The notes below the pieces were generated by a model. That model saw nothing but the letters and a program-made list of their open reading frames with translations. It was not told the DNA's origin and did no database searches. The translations under genes and the position numbers were made by a program. Shown here piece after piece: positions 23,628 through 64,000 of a stretch of DNA of 64,000 bases. Numbering within the stretch: position 1 is the first letter of the stretch; each line of letters opens with the position of its first letter. This DNA comes from Balanoglossus misakiensis (taxonomy: Eukaryota > Animalia > Hemichordata), in NCBI GenBank assembly GCA_040954595.2, contig CM082578.2, positions 2,090,831 to 2,154,830 on the forward strand, written 5' to 3'.

Positions 23628-24799
23628 TTAAAGCTGCAAGCAGCATTGAAGGGGCCAAAGCATAGAGATAATAACCATTAGACTCCATTCAGGGTTGTAC
23701 CATTCAAATGCGTAGGCTGTATTTGCTCTGGATGTGGAGATATGGGGAAGTAGGCAACCACCCGAAATGGATGTCCTACAAGTACAAACACAACAACCAA
23801 AAGTGAACTTCTACGATATGTAAGGACTTCAGTTAAGTACTTCAAAGGTCAGCTGAGGGTACCCAAAAATTAGGCCAAAAATTTGGATTCCTATTTGGTT
23901 CATATTCAAGACAACGGAAAATTCTCGCCCTTTGGGTTTTTAAAATTAGGTATGGCCATAATAATGAGTTACGCAAGTAAGTTACAGGTGGCCCTAGGAA
24001 TTTAGCATTTCATGACGGTCCTACCCTACCCCTCCAAACACCTGGCTATATATGCTGTGCGTGCTAACATATGGAAAGCAGGTCAATGGACACCTGAGGT
24101 CACCCAAAAATTTGACAAAAAAATTTCATTCCTGTTAATGTCATGTGCAACAAATCCTACATTTGCAGCCCTTTCACTTTGCCTAACATTAGGTATGCAC
24201 GTAATACATGAATCAAGCAGGTGTCACAGGTATCCCCCTGTATTTGACATTTCATGATAGTTTCATCCCTCCAAATACCAAAGCTGCACCTGTACAACGG
24301 GCTGAGATATGGCACTGTATGACAGAGGTCATCCAAATCACCTTATACATTTGGGCAAAAACGTAATGACGGTCATAATGACGGTCAAAGTCCGATGCCC
24401 CAGTGTCCGTCCTCAGCCCACCAAAAAATGCGAAAAAATATTACAAAAATCTTCTTCTCAAAATCGGCGTGGCCTAGGACCTTGAAATTTGGCACAGGGT
24501 ATTTTGGCCACATGGTCTACAAAAATCGCGAAAAGAATGTACATGCCCCCATTAACGTGCAAATTAGGTCAATTTGAAAATTTCGCTCGATTATAGCCAC
24601 AAAGTCACGTGACTAATTACAAATTCAAAGGGCAGGTGCACCAGTACTCATGGGCCCCAACCACCGTGCCAAATTTGGAAGGCGCACCTGCCGGAATTTC
24701 AGAGAAAAACGGGCGCAAAAAAACGACTCAAGAAGAAAGAAGACAAACTCCAGCAATAACAGAAGGGGACCAAGCGCCTGAGGGCGCTTGGTCCCCTAA
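23628..24799 (-). mobile_element. Non-autonomous element with a terminal hairpin (CryptonV/Helentron-like)
   Basis: One end is TTAAAGCTGCAAGCAGC. The other end is a 15-bp-stem hairpin AGGGGACCAAGCGCC-TGAG-GGCGCTTGGTCCCCT (24764-24797). No TSD was seen. Confidence 0.6.
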
Positions 24800-25566
24800 A
24801 TATGGGACTAAACTTGACAGATACCCAGAATATTTTCCTATTCAGGATACCTGGTTGCATTTCCACCTAAAGGCGTCCTATTGGCGTGGAAATTTTATAA
24901 CTTGAAATCGTTTGACTAGGTGATAGGTATTAATATCTTATGATGTTATAAAACACTTGGCTCGCCGAAGGTATGGACCGATTATAGCGTCGGTCGTGTC
25001 ATAAAATCTATATGAACGTCATGGGTCAATAAACTTGATGGTCCAATAAAATTTAATGGTTCGTAAAAATGTTGTGTCCAATGTCTGCAGAGTATACTAG
25101 CTGCAACATGTGTATGAGTCAGGATTAACGGCTGTAGCCATCAACCTTCGTTAAACCTAAAAGGTGAACGTCCTATTCTCACTAACTTAAATAGGTTTTG
25201 CGACCAAGTTGAGTGATAAAAACCTTATGATAAAGTCGACACAATTTCAAGATGACGATGTGCAAATGAGAGTTCATAAGCTAAAGTAAAGTTCAATGAA
25301 TTCTATATTTGAACTACAAAGTTCAAGAAAGATTTTTTACTAAAGGAAGACATGAAAAAACTGATATCGTCTCTTCATATTCGTACATGTCCAACTGTTG
25401 TGATTTGACCCCCCCCCCCCCCCCCAGGACATGGTACATGAACCTATTACTTAGTACACACTTAAACAATTGGCATTTGAAGTGCCTTGCTTGACAGTGT
25501 TTAATGCCATCTTGTGGTGGTCAGTCGCGTTTATCTTTCGCCACTTCATGCATCATGTCGCCTTAA

Positions 25567-25885
25567 AGGGACAAACTCTCTCTCTCGTCGCCCTTTTCCA
25601 TTAATTATGTTTGATACAAGACACCGTTTATATTAATGGGCATGTGTATATGTAGTGAATGAACGTTCAACCACACACAACGTCCATCCTGCTTGTATGA
25701 TATGAGAGTAAAAACTCGCCCAAAATGAATAAATGGTAGAGACCGATTTTTCAGTTTGGCGAGTTTTCGCTCTCGTGTCTACATGCGGGATGGAAGGTGT
25801 GTGCGGTTGAACGTTGCATCACTATATATCCACATTTACATTAACATAAACAGTGTTTTGTATCAAACATGGAAAAGGGCAGCGA
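25567..25885. mobile_element. Kolobok-like MITE family A, copy 1 (right end truncated)
   Basis: TTAA-AGGGACAAA.TCTCTCTCTCG terminus and palindromic body. Confidence 0.75.
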
Positions 25886-26314
25886 GTTAAGGATGTACGA
25901 TCAGTAAAATTGAAAGCATTGTCATTTCTTTTAATCGTGGATTTTCGTTTCTGATTTGTATGTATAATGAAAATCCATTTTGGGTCACTGCACTTGTTTT
26001 CGACTTTAAACAAGGCCGTGAATTTAGTCGATAATTGAAGAAAACTGCTGACGGTCAGCATTTTCTACCAATGGTTTGTCTATGGATACAATATTGAACA
26101 AAGTTTATCTCAAAATAGAGCGTGGTGAATTTATTTTGATTTGTCGGAGCTATGTGTAAAATTTCATGAAAATGACAATAGTAGAAGTGAGTTTTCTAGC
26201 TATTCTCCATGTACTCCTATCGGAAGAGACACAGGCGCACAGTTTACCAGTTGACGTTCTGCGCGTACATCATTGAGTGTATTGGCAGCTAACTTATTGT
26301 TTTTTTTGTCACAG

Positions 26315-63597
<37,283 letters not shown>

Positions 63598-64000
63598 GTG
63601 AGACATACCCAGTCACATACAACATAACTTCAAGTCACTATTCACATTTAACACATTCCAAACTATCTGGATAAATTTTTAGAATTTCCTTGTAATTTTA
63701 AATTTTCTTCAACAGACATAAGTGTTGCCATCACCTTGACACAACTTTATCATAATTTATCTTTTAAGTTCATTCACAACCTAAAAACAGTCATTTCCTG
63801 GAAATGTTCATCTGTTTTCTCTAAAATATCAGCTGAACTGTTTTGTAGAAGGAAATGTTCAACTAATTATTTCACAGATTTTTTTTCTCCCAAAAATTGC
63901 TGAATTTTTCACTGATTTCCCCCCCCCCCCTAAATTCAGCTGAATTTTACACTGATCAGACACTTTTGGAAAGGTGTGGCACAAATTACTGAACGTACAT

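Overview
AT-rich, intron-rich animal genomic DNA, probably from a marine invertebrate (the taxon cannot be fixed from the sequence), densely packed with nested transposons. There are two host genes. One is an intact terminal exon of a UBE2J1-like E2 enzyme (- strand, 9069-9644). The other is 16 phase-compatible coding exons (+ strand, 26315-63597, continuing past the window) of an Uninflatable-like CTL-LDLa-CUBx3-Sushix4-EGF protein. Three two-gene PHIS-clan (IS5-related) DNA transposons can be fully delimited. (1) A Pangu-like element (2773-8523, AAT TSD) has divergent transposase and accessory genes. (2) A PIF/Harbinger element (9739-20215, TAA TSD) has transposase and MADF genes that are interdigitated: each gene's last exon lies in an intron of the other. 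(3) An ISL2EU element (about 32066-45308) encodes a THAP-DDE transposase and a SAP-like/SWIM/YqaJ nuclease and carries several nested insertions. Also present are a piggyBac (53105-56925) with one nonsense codon, an hAT relic, a 5'-truncated LINE with a 13-bp TSD, foldback elements with 9-bp TSDs, many MITEs and microsatellites. I found no RNA genes or CRISPR arrays. All calls were made by eye; family names come from recalled motif knowledge, not database searches.
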